From NCBI GenBank assembly GCA_043228905.1, contig JBHGNT010000012.1, forward strand, positions 6,944,001 to 7,008,000: a stretch of 64,000 nt of DNA, read 5' to 3'. The stretch comes from Azolla caroliniana. Taxonomy: Eukaryota > Plantae > Polypodiophyta. Shown in pieces: positions 60,382 to 64,000 of the stretch (its first letter is position 1; every line of letters begins with the position of its first letter). The translations under genes were made by a program, and so were the position numbers. Below the pieces are notes generated by a model. The model ran no database searches. It saw nothing but the letters and a program-made list of their open reading frames with translations, and was not told the DNA's origin.

Positions 60382-61656
60382 CCATGGATAAATGTATGTT
60401 TCTCATGTCAAAATGTTCCAATTGAATTGTGATGGAATATTACAGAATCTTGTGTCTTAAATGTGGTGTGTCCATGGCTGAATTTGGTGGTGCGAGTATT
60501 CCCAATCCAAACCTCATACCCAGCATCAGCTAAAATAAATCCTAGTGCCTCAGAGGGGGTGTTGAGAACCCAAATTTCGCCACCCTTGCAAATGGACAAA
60601 AGGTTTATTGTTTTAAAGTCAAACTTAAAAAGTAGTAAATAAATGTCGTGATCAAATCACACACACAAATGTCGTGATTAGCCATAAATATCATGTGTCA
60701 TTCACGCTCATAAATAATTAGCATGGGGCTACCATTTGTAACCAAAGTTTACGGCCTACATTTTTTTATGCTTTAATAACCTTACCATTAAAATCCCATG
60801 CATTAGGAAAACAACCCCTCTCCTTGATGTTATGGATGGTTGAGTGCTCCACATTCTTTGCACACCCAAGAGGAACCCATCCAGAGTCAACACCTACAAA
60901 TCATTGTTTTAGAAACAAAATATGTCAATTGCAAGTATTTTAATCAATATTGACCCTAATTTTCATAATATGTCTACGGTAATGGTGCTATGAAGGTGTG
61001 GTCAAACAAAAGTTAACAGTTATTATGCAAGTTCTCAGCCTTCAAGTAGTAGTTTCCATATGCTTCTTTTTCAGGGTCTCCCAGTGAGAAGTTTTAACAA
61101 ATTCAAGGTTGTTTGTTAAAAAGGTATGGCGTGAAAGACTGATGATAGTTTTAACAAGACGTATGGCCTACATGTTCTGGTTAATGGCATCCACATACTT
61201 TCTAAAACAAGATATGCATAAATTTGTAATTTGGTGTCCGTATGCTTCCTAAAACAAGGCATTATGTGCATATCATAACATGATAAATGTAGCAACAAAG
61301 TTAACCTTTAGGAATAGATAAAAAAAAGGAGGGATGCGAGCTTATCAATAATCTAGAAATAATGATAAGGACTAATGCCTCTCCAAAAATATGATCATTG
61401 ATCTAATCTCCTGGCATAAAGGTTTAACATATGGATTAGGTTTTACCACATGTTCAGTGCACATGTATTGATCATTAACAAGAACCAAGCTCTCGCATAA
61501 CCCATCCTTCTTGTTTGCAAACATCTGGGCCACCGTGGTGTTATTTATACATGCCCATCCCATCATTAGAAACAAGGTTGTTTTTAACAACCAAGTAAGT
61601 GCATGTGGATGATAAATAATGATGCATTTTCTAGAGAAAAACTTGCACATCCTCAT
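58533..61656 (-). CDS. Acid triacylglycerol lipase (plant LIP1/LIP2, gastric/lysosomal lipase family), 9 exons, ~410 aa
   Basis: Exons 61656-61447, 60893-60786, 60584-60444, 60153-60043, 59947-59804, 59646-59606, 59501-59419, 59117-59022 and 58831-58533 join in frame (1233 nt). Motifs LMHG, LADAGYEVWIGNTR, WDWSVDEMATYDLPA, GYSQG, DALAD, GHLDF. Start ATG uncertain. Confidence 0.9.
60260..60410. repeat. (GT)n tracts with duplicated ~31-bp flank in lipase intron 3
   Basis: (GT)n-GAATCCATGGATAAATGTATGTTTCTCATGT occurs twice. Confidence 0.85.
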
Positions 61657-62083
61657 CGTGTTTATACGTCACTCAACGGTGCCCTACGAAAGCCTCTTCT
61701 TATAAGTTAGAATATGTTTTGGCTTTGTACCGAAGATAACACCAAATGGGTGAGTGGCTTAAGGTACATGTCCTCCATTAAATGAATGAGCATCCTAAAC
61801 CTCTCCTAACTCTAACTTATAAAATAATGTACAAAAATGTAGGGCTCAAATGTTTGAACAAAAGTGCTCATGTTAGAAACATGCATAACCGCAAACGTCC
61901 TAACATTGTCTCACACATTATTTTGGAATTTGATAAGTTATGGATACGACTAAATAAAATATTTAACCGATTTCCTTTCTAGTTTCTAGCTTTGGTACCA
62001 TATTGCAAATGCATAAAGCGTTTTGTGCCATACTAACACCGATCATATGTGGAATATCTCTAAGTTTATGCACAAGTACACCC

Positions 62084-62122
<39 letters not shown>

Positions 62123-63799
62123 CACAACACATTTGATGTTAGATTTTACATCTGAAACTTTGCTCTCTCATATGAAGTTAATTATGACACGTAGACAATG
62201 TTCAAGGAATTTAAATGCCCAAATGTATAACGGGGAGTATGGTAAGAAAGTTAATACATGATCCACTTCCTTTAGTTGTATAACATAATTTATACATTTT
62301 TTAGGCATCAATCGCTTCTTACAAACACAAGTTAAAGTTTCTGCTGAAATGGGGTGGTTCTCCCATGATGGTCAAATATTCGACAAGGCCTAAGTGGAAC
62401 TACCAAGCACCCAAGTGGCTATTTCCGCCAATGACTCCCAATATTGTACAAGGGATGTAAATATGTATAGCTACGGTACAAGTTACCATAGTTGTGTTAC
62501 CCAGATAACTTTGTTGCAAAAGAGTAGGTGGGATCATTTTGTCGTAAAAGAGGGGTGGGGATTATTACCAGATTTGTGGGGGGAAGGACAACGTGAGTTT
62601 TGCGGAATTTGTTGTTGTTTTTGGTGTTGTTGTAAACTTGTATATATTGATCCCTCTAAGGTTAGTCCTTGTGAATCTTTGTGTTTGAACTTTGTTGTAT
62701 TTTGTTTGCTAACTAATGCGAAGTAGTGTTTTTTTTTGGAAAAAAGGCCTTTTTTTAGGGATTGGTTGCTTGTAACAAATAGAAGTTAGTTAAATGTACA
62801 ATTTTTTAAGGCCTTGGTCACTCTAAATCATTCAAATAAATCATATTGTCGTAAGTCCTAACAAAAACGATGTCCAATAAAGCTTTCATAGTTTTATACT
62901 TTAAAAGGAACTTCTTTGACAAATTTATGTAAAAATGCGTACCCAATGTGTAATGCTAAGTTGTAAATATTAACCATCAAGTTTTTGTTTATATGTACTT
63001 TTCGAAACTAATGCCTTATATTTATTAAAGCAACAATGTAATGCATGCACTAAGCCAATATTAATACACCAATTCATTCCAAACAACTAATGCAAACTAT
63101 TTTGACAATGGCTTCGCTTGTACACTCAATTCACATCTTCAACATCTTTTCTTCGGTTGTCAATTGAGGTTTCTCACAAATTCATTCCCACTTCTCCCTT
63201 CCAAAAAATGTGAATCTTCTCCCACATTGATATTATGCCAAAAGTTAACTTTAAGATACAAAGCTTTCAAAACCATCACCTTCATACTTGACAAAATAAA
63301 TCCAAACCATCCTGGTATAATCATCAAAGAACATCACATAGCAAGTGGAGCTGCCAAGGCATGTGCATAACTAAATAAATGTCTTGTCTTGGTGTAAAGA
63401 TAACCATAACATTTATAAAGTTGGAACCTTGTATTCTAATCCCTTCTTTAAGTGTAGATGTACAACACCATTATTTTGGGGTCTTTTTTTTTTAACAAAA
63501 TATCTTTCCATTAGTTTTTGAAAAAGGCATATCAGCTACAACCTACAAAATAGGTGGAAAGGAAGTGACCACTGACTATCCTTCCCAATCCCATCTTGTG
63601 TAAGACAATGGCTAGCCATGGATCACATGATTACATTAATTGAGAGGTTAGATTTCAAGTAATCATCAAATGCCCTTGTTGGATGACAAGATGTTAAATG
63701 TGAGCATAGCTAGTACTTATGCTATTCCAATGTATATACCCATTGCTTGCATATAAGTTTACACAACAGATCTATATAAAGTGTCCCCCCCCCTTTTTT

Positions 63800-64000
63800 T
63801 GGTTGAAACGGCATTGTCTCTAACATTGCAATGTCTTCATCAAGTTGCCCAGAACGAGTGAATAGGTCGATCACACAGTTGTAATGCTCTAGTGTTGGAG
63901 AGAGACCATATTTTTCCATAGCTTTAAAGCACCTCTCTCCGATGCTGACAAGACCTCCATGTCTATAGACAGAAAGAACCTTAAGTAACATCACGCAATC
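63800..64000 (-). pseudogene. PLS-class pentatricopeptide repeat protein C-terminal fragment (continues beyond window)
   Basis: VLSVYRHGGLV..G...F..M...G.SPTLEHYNCVIDLFTRSGQLDE...ETMPFQP is a typical L2-S2-E1 junction. Homology is lost after MPFQP at an A7G8 run. Confidence 0.75.

Noticed and set aside
61700-63720. Short ORFs between lipase and PPR fragment
   Set aside because: No recognisable domains. AT-rich intergenic or decayed TE sequence.

Overview
Eukaryotic land-plant nuclear DNA. Spliced genes, a PLS-type PPR fragment and Tcn1-like and RTEX-like elements suggest a fern or other seed-free plant, but this is inference. Host genes: a 2-exon LOB-domain (LBD) transcription factor (14279-16301, +), a 7-exon WAV2/ABHD13 alpha/beta-hydrolase (52647-57421, +) with a probable U12 intron, a convergent 9-exon acid triacylglycerol lipase (61656-58533, -) with a GC-AG intron, and a PPR fragment at the right edge. 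Most of 1-52 kb is nested transposons whose ends and TSDs can be read directly. Nest 1: gypsy A (864-12229) contains gypsy B1. Nest 2: an RTEX-like LINE contains gypsy B2, which contains an intact, very young copia C. Nest 3: old copia E contains two solo LTRs, copia D, and copia F > solo LTR G > hAT MITE. The most interesting system is gypsy family B. It has no tRNA primer site; instead a 12-nt PBS is complementary to its own predicted transcript 5' end (Tf1-like self-priming). It also has a dense heat-shock-element array before the TATA box and a candidate -1 frameshift stem-loop. Also notable are a repeat-spacer hairpin array in the leader of gypsy A and a capsid-domain swap between copia C and D. 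All comparisons were made by eye.
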